This document shows, piece by piece, positions 40,201 to 54,800 of a stretch of 64,000 bases of DNA. The notes under the pieces were generated by a model. The model worked only from the letters and a program-made list of their open reading frames with translations. It did not search any database and had not been told where the DNA came from. The DNA is from Antedon mediterranea (Eukaryota > Animalia > Echinodermata), in assembly GCF_964355755.1 (NCBI RefSeq), contig NC_092677.1:20668101-20732100 (forward strand), written 5' to 3'. Each line of letters begins with the position of its first letter. Position 1 is the first letter of the stretch. Both the position numbers and the translations under genes were made by a program.

Positions 40201-40610
40201 CAAAACTTTTTCTCGCAAAACATCAAAGTGTACAGAATAGCTTCAAATCGCATTTGGAGACGTTTTAGACCATTTTGTGCATTTCGATGAAACTTGGTTA
40301 CACAAAAACATCAAAGTGCTTAAAATCACATTTTGAGCATTTCGTTAAAACTTTTCACACAAAAACATCAAAGTCCACAAAATAGCTTAATATCGTATTT
40401 AAAAACGTTTTAGACCATTTTGAGCATTTCGAAAAATTTTTTCACACAAAACATCAAAGTTTACAAAATAGCTTCAAATCGCATTTGGAGACGTTTTCGA
40501 CCATTTTGTGATTTTCGAAAAAACTTGTTAACATAAAAACACCAAAGTACTCAGAATACCTTCAAATCGCATTTTGAGACGTTTTAGACCATTTTGTGAT
40601 TTTCGAAAAA
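31270..40610. repeat. Nested 1899-bp and 5609-bp tandem higher-order repeats
   Basis: The unit start GTGCTTAAAATCACATTAGAAACCGTTTTAGAACATTTTG occurs at 31636, 33535, 35434, 37245 and 39144 (spacings 1899, 1899, 1811, 1899). GAGTAATAAATAG occurs at about 33448, 35347 and 39057. Identical spurious ORFs at 31695 and 37304 are offset by 5609. Confidence 0.9.
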
Positions 40611-40829
40611 ACAACATAAAAACACCAAAGTGCTCAGAATACCTTCAAATCGCATTTGGAGACGTTTTAGACCATTTTGTGATTTTCGAAAAAACTTGTT
40701 AACATAAAAACACCAAAGTGCTCAGAATACCTTCAAATCGTATTTTGAGACGTTTTAGACAATTTTGTGATTTTCGAAAAAACTTGTTAACATAAAAACA
40801 CCAAAGTGCTTAGAAAAGCTTCAAATCGC

Positions 40830-43800
40830 ATTTAGAGACGTTTTAGACCATTTTGTGCATTTCGATGAAACTTGGTTACACGAAAACATCAAAGTGTACA
40901 GAATAGCTTCAAATCGCATTAGAAACCGTTTTAGACCATTTTAAGCATTTCGAAAAAACTTTTTCACACAAAACATCAAAGTGTACAAAATAGCTTCAAA
41001 TCGCATTTGGAGACGTTTTAGACAATTTTGTGATTTTCGAAAAAACTTGTTTACATAAAAACACCAAAGTGCTTAGAAAAGCTTCAAATCGCATTTGGAG
41101 ACGTTTTAAACCATTTTGTTCATTTCGATGAAACTTGGTTACACAAAAACATCAAAGAGCACAAAAGTATTTAAAAACGTTTTAGACCATTTTGAGCATT
41201 CCGACAAAACTTTTTCACACAAAACATCAAAGTGTACAGAATAGCTTTAAATCGCATTTGGAGACGTTTTAGACCATTTTGTAGTTTTCGAAAAAACTTG
41301 TTAACATAAAAACACAAAAGAGCTTCAAATCGCATTTGGAGACGTTTTAGACCCTTTTGTGCATTTCGATGAAACTTGGTTACACAAAAACATCAAAGTG
41401 CTTAAAATCACATTAGAAACCGTTTTAGACCATTTTGAGCATTTCGTTAAAACTTTTCACACAAAAACATCAAAGTCCACAAAATAGCTTAATATCGTAT
41501 TTAAAAACGTTTTAGACCATTTTGAGCATTTCGAAAAAACTTTTCCACACAAAACATCAAAGTTTACAAAATAGCTTCAAATCGCATTTGGAGACGTTTT
41601 AGACCATTTTGTGATTTTCGAAAAAATTTGTTAACATAAAAACACCAAAGTGCTCAGAATACCTTCAAATCGCATTTGGAGACGTTTTAGACCCTTTTGT
41701 GCATTTCGATGAAACTTGGTTACACAAAAACATCAAAGTGCTTAAAATCACATTAGAAACCGTTTTAGACCATTTTGAGCATTTCGTTAAAATTTTTCAC
41801 AGAAAAACATCAAAGAGCAAAAAATAGCTTAATATCGTATTTAAAAACGTTTTAGACCATTTTGAGCATTTCGACAAAACTTTTTCACACAAAACATCAA
41901 AGTGTACAGAATAGCTTCAAATCGCATTTGGAGACGTTTTAACCCATTTTGAGCATTTCGATAAAATTTTACACACAAAAACATCAAAGTGCACAAAATA
42001 GCTTAATATGGTATTTAAAAACGTTTTAGACCATTTTGAGCATTTCAACAAAACTTTTTCTCGCAAAACATCAAAGTGTACAGAATAGCTTCAAATCGCA
42101 TTTGGAGACGTTTTAGACCATTTTGTGCATTTCGATGAAACTTGGTTACACAAAAACATCAAAGTGCTTAAAATCACATTTTGAGCATTTCGTTAAAACT
42201 TTTCACACAAAAACATCAAAGTCCACAAAATAGCTTAATACCGTATTTAAAAACGTTTTAGACCATTTTGAGCATTTCGAAAAAACTTTTCCACACAAAA
42301 CATCAAAGTTTACAAAATAGCTTCAAATCGCATTTGGAGACGTTTTAGACCATTTTGTGATTTTCGAAAAAACTTGTTAACATAAAAACACCAAAGTGCT
42401 CAGAATACCTTCAAATCGCATTTGGAGACGTTTTAGACCATTTTGTGATTTTCGAAAAAACTTGTTAACATAAAAACACCAAAGTGCTCAGAAAAGCTTC
42501 AAATCGCATTTGGAGACGTTTTAAACCATTTTGTTCATTTCGATGAAACTTGGTTACACAAAAACATCAAAGAGCACAAAAGTATTTAAAAACGTTTTAG
42601 ACCATTTTGAGCATTCCGACAAAACTTTTTCACACAAAACATCAAAGTGTACAGAATAGCTTTAAATCGCATTTGGAGACGTTTTAGACCATTTTGTAGT
42701 TTTCGAAAAAACTTGTTAACATAAAAACACAAAAGAGCTTCAAATCGCATTTGGAGACGTTTTAGACCCTTTTGTGCATTTCGATGAAACTTGGTTACAC
42801 AAAAACATCAAAGTGCTTAAAATCACATTAGAAACCGTTTTAGACCATTTTGAGCATTTCGTTAAAACTTTTCACACAAAAACATCAAAGTCCACAAAAT
42901 AGCTTAATATCGTATTCAAAAACGTTTTAGACCATTTTGAGCATTTCGAAAAAACTTTTTCACACAAAACATCAAAGTTTACAAAATAGCTTCAAATCGC
43001 ATTTGGAGACGTTTTAGACCATTTTGTGCATTTCGATGAAACTTGGTTACACGAAAACATCAAAGTGTACAGAATAGCTTCAAATCGCATTAGAAACCGT
43101 TTTAGACCATTTTAAGCATTTCGAAAAAACTTTTTCACACAAAACATCAAAGTGTACAAAATAGCTTCAAATCGCATTTGGAGACGTTTTAGACAATTTT
43201 GTGATTTTCGAAAAAACTTGTTTACATAAAAACACCAAAGTGCTTAGAAAAGCTTCAAATCGCATTTGGAGACGTTTTAAACCATTTTGTTCATTTCGAT
43301 GAAACTTGGTTACACAAAAACATCAAAGAGCACAAAAGTATTTAAAAACGTTTTAGACCATTTTGAGCATTCCGACAAAACTTTTTCACACAAAACATCA
43401 AAGTGTACAGAATAGCTTTAAATCGCATTTGGAGACGTTTTAGACCATTTTGTAGTTTTCGAAAAAACTTGTTAACATAAAAACACAAAAGAGCTTCAAA
43501 TCGCATTTGGAGACGTTTTAGACCCTTTTGTGCATTTCGATGAAACTTGGTTACACAAAAACATCAAAGTGCTTAAAATCACATTAGAAACCGTTTTAGA
43601 CCATTTTGAGCATTTCGTTAAAACTTTTCACACAAAAACATCAAAGTCCACAAAATAGCTTAATATCGTATTTAAAAACGTTTTAGACCATTTTGAGCAT
43701 TTCGAAAAAACTTTTCCACACAAAACATCAAAGTTTAAAAAATAGCTTCAAATCGCATTTGGAGACGTTTTAGACCATTTTGTGATTTTCGAAAAAATTT

Positions 43801-45198
43801 GTTAACATAAAAACACCAAAGTGCTCAGAATACCTTCAAATCGCATTTGGAGACGTTTTAGACCCTTTTGTGCATTTCGATGAAACTTGGTTACACAAAA
43901 ACATCAAAGTGCTTAAAATCACATTAGAAACCGTTTTAGACCATTTTGAGCATTTCGTTAAAATTTTTCACAGAAAAACATCAAAGAGCAAAAAATAGCT
44001 TAATATCGTATTTAAAAACGTTTTAGACCATTTTGAGCATTTCGACAAAACTTTTTCACACAAAACATCAAAGTGTACAGAATAGCTTCAAATCGCATTT
44101 GGAGACGTTTTAACCCATTTTGAGCATTTCGATAAAATTTTACACACAAAAACATCAAAGTGCACAAAATAGCTTAATATGGTATTTAAAAACGTTTTAG
44201 ACCATTTTGAGCATTTCAACAAAACTTTTTCTCGCAAAACATCAAAGTGTACAGAATAGCTTCAAATCGCATTTGGAGACGTTTTAGACCATTTTGTGCA
44301 TTTCGATGAAACTTGGTTACACAAAAACATCAAAGTGCTTAAAATCACATTTTGAGCATTTCGTTAAAACTTTTCACACAAAAACATCAAAGTCCACAAA
44401 ATAGCTTAATACCGTATTTAAAAACGTTTTAGACCATTTTGAGCATTTCGAAAAAACTTTTCCACACAAAACATCAAAGTTTACAAAATAGCTTCAAATC
44501 GCATTTGGAGACGTTTTAGACCATTTTGTGATTTTCGAAAAAACTTGTTAACATAAAAACACCAAAGTGCTCAGAATACCTTCAAATCGCATTTGGAGAC
44601 GTTTTAGACCATTTTGTGATTTTCGAAAAAACTTGTTAACATAAAAACACCAAAGTGCTCAGAAAAGCTTCAAATCGCATTTGGAGACGTTTTAAACCAT
44701 TTTGTTCATTTCGATGAAACTTGGTTACACAAAAACATCAAAGAGCACAAAAGTATTTAAAAACGTTTTAGACCATTTTGAGCATTCCGACAAAACTTTT
44801 TCACACAAAACATCAAAGTGTACAGAATAGCTTTAAATCGCATTTGGAGACGTTTTAGACCATTTTGTAGTTTTCGAAAAAACTTGTTAACATAAAAACA
44901 CAAAAGAGCTTCAAATCGCATTTGGAGACGTTTTAGACCCTTTTGTGCATTTCGATGAAACTTGGTTACACAAAAAAATCAAAGTGCTTAAAATCACATT
45001 AGAAACCGTTTTAGACCATTTTGAGCATTTCGTTAAAACTTTTCACACAAAAACATCAAAGTCCACAAAATAGCTTAATATCGTATTCAAAAACGTTTTA
45101 GACCATTTTGAGCATTTCGAAAAAACTTTTTCACACAAAACATCAAAGTTTACAAAATAGCTTCAAATCGCATTTGGAGACGTTTTAGACCATTTTGT
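40830..45198. repeat. Tandem 2171-bp duplication, with a further related copy at about 46.6-48.9 kb
   Basis: ACACGAAAAC has its G at 40882, 43053 and 47361, and AATACCGTATT has its first C at 42241, 44412 and 48720 (offsets 2171 and 4308). Confidence 0.88.
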
Positions 45199-48100
45199 GA
45201 TTTTCGAAAAAACTTGTTAACATAAAAACATCAAAGTGCTTAAAATCACATTTTGAGCATTTCGTTAAAACTTTTCACACAAAAACATCAAAGAGTAAAA
45301 AATAGCTTAATATCGTATTTAAAAACGTTTTAGACCATTTTGAGCATTTCGACAAAATTTTTTCACACAAAACATCAAAGTGTACAGAATAGCTTTAAAT
45401 CGCATTTGGAGACGTTTTAGACCATTTTGTTAATTTCGATGAAACAAAAACACAAAAACATCAAATTGCACAAAATGGCTTAATATGATATGGGAAAACG
45501 TTTTAGACCATTTTGAACATTTCGTTAAAAGTTTTCACACAAAAACATCAAAGTCCACAAAATAGCTTAATATCGTATTTAAAAACGTTTTAGACCATTT
45601 TGAGCATTTCGAAAAAACTTTTTCCCACAAAACATCAAAGTTTACAAAATAGCTTCAAATCGCATTTGGAGACGTTTTAGACCATTTTGTGATTTTCGAA
45701 AAAACTTGTTAACATAAAAACACCAAAGTGCTCAGAAAAGCTTCAAATCGCATTTGGAGACGTTTTAAACCATTTTGTTCATTTCGATGAAACTTGGTTA
45801 CACAAAAACATCAAAGAGCACAAAAGTATTTAAAAACGTTTTAGACCATTTTGAGCATTCCGACAAAACTTTTTCACACAAAACATCAAAGTGTACAGAA
45901 TAGCTTTAAATCGCATTTGGAGACGTTTTAACCCATTTTGAGCATTTCGATAAAATTTTACAAACAAAAACATCAAAGTGCACAAAATAGCTTAATATGG
46001 TATTTAAAAACGTTTTAGACCATTTTGAGCATTTCAACAAAACTTTTTCTCACAAAACATCAAAGTGTACAGAATAGCTTCAAATCGCATTTGGAGACGT
46101 TTTAGACCATTTTGTGCATTTCGATGAAACTTGGTTACACAAAAACATCAAAGTGCTTAAAATCACATTTTGAGCATTTCGTTAAAACTTTTCACACAAA
46201 AACATCAAAGTCCACAAAATAGCTTATATCGTATTTAAAAACGTTTTAGACCATTTTGAGCATTTCGAAAAAACTTTTCCACACAAAACATCAAAGTTTA
46301 CAAAATAGCTTCAAATCGCATTTGGAGACGTTTTAGACCATTTTGTGATTTTCGTAAAAACTTGTTAACATAAAAACACCAAAGTGCTTAGAAAAGCTTC
46401 AAATCGCATTTGGAGACGTTTTAGACCATTTTGTGCATTTCGATGAAACTTGGTTACACAAAAACATCAAAGTGCTTAAAATCACATTTTGAACATTTCG
46501 TTAAAAGTTTTCACACAAAAACATCAAAGAGTAAAAAATAGCTTAATATCGTATTTAAAAACGTTTTAGACCATTTTGAGCATTTCGAAAAAACTTTTCC
46601 ACACAAAACATCAAAGTTTACAAAATAGCTTCAAATCGCATTTGGAGACGTTTTAGACCATTTTGTGATTTTCGAAAAAACTTGTTAACATAAAAACACC
46701 AAAGTGCTCAGAATACCTTCAAATCGCATTTGGAGACGTTTTAGACCATTTTGTGATTTTCGAAAAAACTTGTTAACATAAAAACACCAAAGTGCTCAGA
46801 AAAGCTTCAAATCGCATTTGGAGACGTTTTAAACCATTTTGTTCATTTCGATGAAACTTGGTTACACAAAAACATCAAAGAGCACAAAAGTATTTAGAAA
46901 CGTTTTAGACCATTTTGAGCATTCCGACAAAACTTTTTCACACAAAACATCAAAGTGTACAGAATAGCTTTAAATCGCATTTGGAGACGTTTTAGACCAT
47001 TTTGTAGTTTTCGAAAAAACTTGTTAACATAAAAACACAAAAGAGCTTCAAATCGCATTTGGAGACGTTTTAGACCCTTTTGTGCATTTCGATGAAACTT
47101 GGTTACACAAAAACATCAAAGTGCTTAAAATCACATTAGAAACCGTTTTAGACCATTTTGAGCATTTCGTTAAAACTTTTCACACAAAAACATCAAAGTC
47201 CACAAAATAGCTTAATATCGTATTCAAAAACGTTTTAGACCATTTTGAGCATTTCGAAAAAACTTTTTCACACAAAACATCAAAGTTTACAAAATAGCTT
47301 CAAATCGCATTTGGAGACGTTTTAGACCATTTTGTGCATTTCGATGAAACTTGGTTACACGAAAACATCAAAGTGTACAGAATAGCTTCAAATCGCATTA
47401 GAAACCGTTTTAGACCATTTTAAGCATTTCGAAAAAACTTTTTCACACAAAACATCAAAGTGTACAAAATAGCTTCAAATCGCATTTGGAGACGTTTTAG
47501 ACAATTTTGTGATTTTCGAAAAAACTTGTTTACATAAAAACACCAAAGTGCTTAGAAAAGCTTCAAATCGCATTTGGAGACGTTTTAAACCATTTTGTTC
47601 ATTTCGATGAAACTTGGTTACACAAAAACATCAAAGAGCACAAAAGTATTTAAAAACGTTTTAGACCATTTTGAGCATTCCGACAAAACTTTTTCACACA
47701 AAACATCAAAGTGTACAGAATAGCTTTAAATCGCATTTGGAGACGTTTTAGACCATTTTGTAGTTTTCGAAAAAACTTGTTAACATAAAAACACAAAAGA
47801 GCTTCAAATCGCATTTGGAGACGTTTTAGACCCTTTTGTGCATTTCGATGAAACTTGGTTACACAAAAACATCAAAGTGCTTAAAATCACATTAGAAACC
47901 GTTTTAGACCATTTTGAGCATTTCGTTAAAACTTTTCACACAAAAACATCAAAGTCCACAAAATAGCTTAATATCGTATTTAAAAACGTTTTAGACCATT
48001 TTGAGCATTTCGAAAAAACTTTTCCACACAAAACATCAAAGTTTACAAAATAGCTTCAAATCGCATTTGGAGACGTTTTAGACCATTTTGTGATTTTCGA

Positions 48101-50722
48101 AAAAATTTGTTAACATAAAAACACCAAAGTGCTCAGAATACCTTCAAATCGCATTTGGAGACGTTTTAGACCCTTTTGTGCATTTCGATGAAACTTGGTT
48201 ACACAAAAACATCAAAGTGCTTAAAATCACATTAGAAACCGTTTTAGACCATTTTGAGCATTTCGTTAAAATTTTTCACAGAAAAACATCAAAGAGCAAA
48301 AAATAGCTTAATATCGTATTTAAAAACGTTTTAGACCATTTTGAGCATTTCGACAAAACTTTTTCACACAAAACATCAAAGTGTACAGAATAGCTTCAAA
48401 TCGCATTTGGAGACGTTTTAACCCATTTTGAGCATTTCGATAAAATTTTACACACAAAAACATCAAAGTGCACAAAATAGCTTAATATGGTATTTAAAAA
48501 CGTTTTAGACCATTTTGAGCATTTCAACAAAACTTTTTCTCGCAAAACATCAAAGTGTACAGAATAGCTTCAAATCGCATTTGGAGACGTTTTAGACCAT
48601 TTTGTGCATTTCGATGAAACTTGGTTACACAAAAACATCAAAGTGCTTAAAATCACATTTTGAGCATTTCGTTAAAACTTTTCACACAAAAACATCAAAG
48701 TCCACAAAATAGCTTAATACCGTATTTAAAAACGTTTTAGACCATTTTGAGCATTTCGAAAAAACTTTTCCACACAAAACATCAAAGTTTACAAAATAGC
48801 TTCAAATCGCATTTGGAGACGTTTTAGACCATTTTGTGATTTTCGAAAAAACTTGTTAACATAAAAACACCAAAGTGCTCAGAATACCTTCAAATCGCAT
48901 TTTGAGACGTTTTAGACCATTTTGTGATTTTCGAAAAAACAACATAAAAACACCAAAGTGCTCAGAATACCTTCAAATCGCATTTGGAGACGTTTTAGAC
49001 CATTTTGTGATTTTCGAAAAAACTTGTTAACATAAAAACACCAAAGTGCTCAGAATACCTTCAAATCGTATTTTGAGACGTTTTAGACAATTTTGTGATT
49101 TTCGAAAAAACTTGTTAACATAAAAACACCAAAGTGCTTAGAAAAGCTTCAAATCGCATTTGGAGGCGTTTTAGACCATTTTGTGCATTTCGATGAAACT
49201 TGGTTACACAAAAACATCAAAGTGTACAGAATAGCTTCAAATCGCATTAGAAACCGTTTTAGACCATTTTGAGCATTTCGACAAAACTTTTTCACACAAA
49301 ACAACAAAGTGTACAGAATAGCTTCAAATCGCATTTGGAGACGTTTTAACCCATTTTGAGCATTTCGATAAAATTTTACACACAAAAACATCAAAGTGCA
49401 CAAAATAGCTTAATATGGTATTTAAAAACGTTTTAGACCATTTTGAGCATTTCAACAAAACTTTTTCTCACAAAACATCAAAGTGTACAGAATAGCTTCA
49501 AATCGCATTTGGAGACGTTTTAGACCATTTTGTGCATTTCGATGAAACTTGGTTACACAAAAACATCAAAGTGCTTAAAATCACATTTTGAGCATTTCGT
49601 TAAAACTTTTCACACAAAAACATCAAAGTCCACAAAATAGCTTAATATCGTATTTAAAAACGTTTTAGACCATTTTGAGCATTTCGAAAAAACTTTTCCA
49701 CACAAAACATCAAAGTTTACAAAATAGCTTCAAATCGCATTTGGAGACGTTTTAGACCATTTTGTGATTTTCGAAAAAACTTGTTAACATAAAAACACCA
49801 AAGTGCTCAGAATACCTTCAAATCGCATTTGGAGACGTTTTAGACCCTTTTGTGCATTTCGATGAAACTTGGTTACACAAAAACATCAAAGTGCTTAAAA
49901 TCACATTAGAAACCGTTTTAGACCATTTTGAGCATTTCGTTAAAATTTTTCACAGAAAAACATCAAAGAGCAAAAAATAGCTTAATATCGTATTTAAAAA
50001 CGTTTTAGACCATTTTGAGCATTTCGACAAAACTTTTTCACACAAAACATCAAAGTGTACAGAATAGCTTCAAATCGCATTTGGAGACGTTTTAACCCAT
50101 TTTGAGCATTTCGATAAAATTTTACACACAAAAACATCAAAGTGCACAAAATAGCTTAATATGGTATTTAAAAACGTTTTAGACCATTTTGAGCATTTCA
50201 ACAAAACTTTTTCTCACAAAACATCAAAGTGTACAGAATAGCTTCAAATCGCATTTGGAGACGTTTTAGACTTTTTTGTGCATTTCGATGAAACTTGGTT
50301 ACACAAAAACATCAAAGTGCTTAAAATCACATTTTGAGCATTTCGTTAAAACTTTTCACACAAAAACATCAAAGTCCACAAAATAGCTTAATATCGTATT
50401 TAAAAACGTTTTAGACCATTTTGAGCATTTCGAAAAAACTTTTCCACACAAAACATCAAAGTTTACAAAATAGCTTCAAATCGCATTTGGAGACGTTTTA
50501 GACCATTTTGTGATTTTCGAAAAAACTTGATAACATAAAAACACCAAAGTTCTCAGAATACCTTCAAATCGTGTTTTGAGACGTTTTAGACCATTTTGTG
50601 ATTTTCGAAAAAACTTGTTAACATAAAAACACCAAAGTGCTCAGAATACCTTCACATCGCATTTTGAGACGTTTTAGACCATTTTGTGATTTTCGAAAAA
50701 ACTTGTTAACATAAAAACACCA

Positions 50723-51827
50723 AAGTGCTCAGAAAAGCTTCAAATCGCAATTGGAGACGTTTTAAACCATTTTGTTCATTTCGATGAAACTTGGTTACAC
50801 AAAAACATCAAATTGCACAAAATGGCTTAATATGGTATGGGAAAACGTTTTAGACCATTTTGAACATTTCGAGAAAACTTTTTCACACAAAACTTCAAAG
50901 TGTACAGAATAGCTTCAAATCGCATTAGAAACCGTTTTAGACCATTTTGAGCATTTCGAAAAAAACTTTTTCACACAAAACATCAAAGTTTACAAAATAG
51001 CTTCAAATCGCATTTGGAGACGTTTTAGACCATTTTGTGATTTTCGAAAAAACTTGTTAACATAAAAACACCAAAGTGCTCAGAATACCTTCAAATCGCA
51101 TTTTGAGACGTTTTAGACCATTTTGTGATTTTCGAAAAAACTTTTTCACACAAAACATCAAAGTACTCAGAATACCTTCAAATCGCATTTGGAGACGTTT
51201 TAGACCATTTTGTGATTTTCGAAAAAACTTGTTAACATAAAAACACCAAAGTGCTCAGAAAAGCTTCAAATCGCATTTGGAGACGTTTTAGACAATTTTG
51301 TGATTTTCGAAAAAACTTGTTTACATAAAAACACCAAAGTGCTCAGAATAGCTTCCAATCGCATTTGGAGACGTTTTAGACCCTTTTGTGCATTTCGATG
51401 AAACTTGGTTATACAAAAACATCAAAGTGCTCAGAAAAGCTTCAAATCGCAATTGGAGACGTTTTAAACCATTTTGTTCATTTCGATGAAACTTGGTTAC
51501 ACAAAAACATCAAATTGCACAAAATGGCTTAATATGGTATGGGAAAACGTTTTAGACCATTTTGAACATTTCGAGAAAACTTTTTCACACAAAACTTCAA
51601 AGTGTACAGAATAGCTTCAAATCGCATTAGAAACCGTTTTAGACCATTTTGAGCATTTCGAAAAAAACTTTTTCACACAAAACATCAAAGTTTACAAAAT
51701 AGCTTCAAATCGCATTTGGAGACGTTTTAGACCATTTTGTGATTTTCGAAAAAACTTGTTAACATAAAAACACCAAAGTGCTCAGAATACCTTCAAATCG
51801 CATTTTGAGACGTTTTAGACCATTTTG
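50723..51827. repeat. Imperfect 702-bp tandem duplication
   Basis: CGCAATTGGAG at 50746 and 51448, and a private 7-A run CGAAAAAAACTTTTTC at 50957 and 51659. Confidence 0.8.
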
Positions 51828-54800
51828 AGCATTTCGAAAAAACTTTTTCACACAAAACATCAAAGTGCTCAGAATACCTTCAAATCGCATTTGGAGACGT
51901 TTTAGACCATTTTGTGATTTTCGAAAAAACTTGTTAACATAAAAACACCAAAGTGCTCAGAATACCTTCAAATCGCATTTGGAGACGTTTTAGACCATTT
52001 TGTGATTTTCGAAAAAACTTGTTAACATAAAAACACCAAAGTGCTCAGAAAAGCTTCAAATCGCATTTGGAGACGTTTTAAACCATTTTGTTCATTTCGA
52101 TGAAACTTGGTTACACAAAAACATCAAAGAGCACAAAAGTATTTAAAAACGTTTTAGACCATTTTGAGCATTCCGACAAAACTTTTTCACACAAAACATC
52201 AAAGTCCACAAAATAGCTTAATATCGTTTTCAAAAACGTTTTAGACCATTTTGAGCATTTCGAAAAAACTTTTTCACACAAAACATCAAAGTTTACAAAA
52301 TAGCTTCAAATCACTGTAGAAACCGTTTTAGACCATTTTGAGCATTTCGTTAAAATTTTTCACAGAAAAACATCAAAGAGCAAAAAATAGCTTAATATCG
52401 TATTTAAAAACGTTTTAGACCATTTTGAGCATTTCGACAAAACTTTTTCACACAAAACATCAAAGTGTACAGATAAGCTTCAAATCGCATTTGGAGACGT
52501 TTTAAACCATTTTGAGCATTTCGATAAAATTTTACACACAAAAACATCAAAGTGCACAAAATAGCTTAATATGGTATTTAAAAACGTTTTAGACCATTTT
52601 GAGCATTTCAACAAAACTTTTTCTCACAAAACATCAAAGTGTACAGAATAGCTTCAAATCGCATTTGGAGACGTTTTAGACCATTTTGTGCATTTCGATG
52701 AAACTTGGTTACACAAAAACATCAAAGTGCTTAAAATCACATTTTGAGCATTTCGTTAAAACTTTTCACACAAAAACATCAAAGTCCACAAAATAGCTTA
52801 ATATCGTATTTAAAAACGTTTTAGACCATTTTGAGCATTTCGAAAAAACTTTTTCACACAAAACATCAAAGTTTACAAAATAGCTTCAAATCGCATTTGG
52901 AGACGTTTTAGACCATTTTGTGATTTTCGAAAAAACTTGATAACATAAAAACACCAAAGTGCTCAGAATACCTTCAAATCGCATTTGTAGACGTTTTAGA
53001 CCATTTTGTGATTTTCGAAAAAACTTGTTAACATAAAAACACCAAAGTGCTTAGAAAAGCTTCAAATCGCATTTGAAGAGGTTTTAGACCATTTTGTGCA
53101 TTTCGATGAAACTTGGTTACACAAAAACATCAAAGTGCTTAAAATCACATTTTGAGCATTTCGTTAAAACTTTTCACACAAAAACATCAAAGTCCACAAA
53201 ATAGCTTAATATCGTATTTAAAAACGTTTTAGACCATTTTGAGCATTTCGAAAAAACTTTTCCACACAAAACATCAAAGTTTACAAAATAGCTTCAAATC
53301 GCATTTGGAGACGTTTTAGACCATTTTGTGATTTTCGAAAAAACTTGTTAACATAAAAACACCAAAGTGCTCAGAAAAGCTTACAATCGCATTTGGAGAC
53401 GTTTTAAACCATTTTGTTCATTTCGATGAAATTTGGTTACACAAAAACATCAAAGAGCACAAAAGTATTTAAAAACGTTTTAGACCATTTTGAGCATTCC
53501 GACAAAACTTTTTCACACAAAACATCAAAGTGTACAGAATAGCTTTAAATCGCATTTGGAGACGTTTTAGACCATTTTGTAGTTTTCGAAAAAACTTGTT
53601 AACATAAAAACACAAAAGAGCTTCAAATCGCATTTGGAGACGTTTTAGACCCTTTTGTGCATTTCGATGAAACTTGGTTACACAAAAACATCAAAGTGCT
53701 TAAAATCACATTAGAAACCGTTTTAGACCATTTTGAGCATTTCGTTAAAACTTTTCACACAAAAACATCAAAGTCCACAAAATAGCTTAATATCGTATTC
53801 AAAAACGTTTTAGACCATTTTGAGCATTTCGAAAAAACTTTTTCACACAAAACATCAAAGTTTACAAAATAGCTTCATATCGCATTTGGAGACGTTTTAG
53901 ACCATTTTGTGATTTTCGAAAAAACTTGTTAACATAAAAACACCAAAGTGCTCAGAATACCTTCAAATCGCATTTTGAGACGTTTTAGACCATTTTGTGA
54001 TTTTCGAAAAAACAACATAAAAACACCAAAGTGCTCAGAATACCTTCAAATCGCATTTTGAGACGTTTTAGACCATTTTGTGATTTTCGAAAAAACTTGT
54101 TAACATAAAAACACCAAAGTGCTCAGAATACCTTCAAATCGTGTTTTGAGACGTTTTAGACCATTTTGTGATTTTCAAAAAAACTTGTTAACATAAAAAC
54201 ACCAAAGTGCTTAGAAAAGCTTCAAATCGCATTTGGAGACGTTTTAGACCATTTTGTTCATTTCGATGAAACTTGGTTACACAAAAACATCAAAGAGCAC
54301 AAAAGATCTTAATATCGTATTTAAAAACGTTTTAGACCATTTTGAGCATTTCGAAAAAACTTTTTCACACAAAACATCAAAGTGTACAAAATAGCTTCAA
54401 ATCGCATTTTGAGACGTTTTAGACAATTTTGTGATTTTCGAAAAAACTTGTTTACATAAAAACACCAAAGTGCTTAGAAAAGCTTCAAATCGCATTTGGA
54501 GACGTTTTAAACCATTTTGTTCATTTCGATGAAACTTGGTTACACAAAAACATCAAAGAGCACAAAAGTATTTAAAAACGTTTTAGACCATTTTGAGCAT
54601 TCCGTCAAAACTTTTTCACACAAAACATCAAAGTGTACAGAATAGCTTTAAATCGCATTTGGAGACGTTTTAGACCATTTTGTAGTTTTCGAAAAAACTT
54701 GTTAACATAAAAACACAAAAGAGCTTCAAATCGCATTTGGAGACGTTTTAGACCCTTTTGTGCATTTCGATGAAACTTGGTTACACAAAAACATCAAAGT

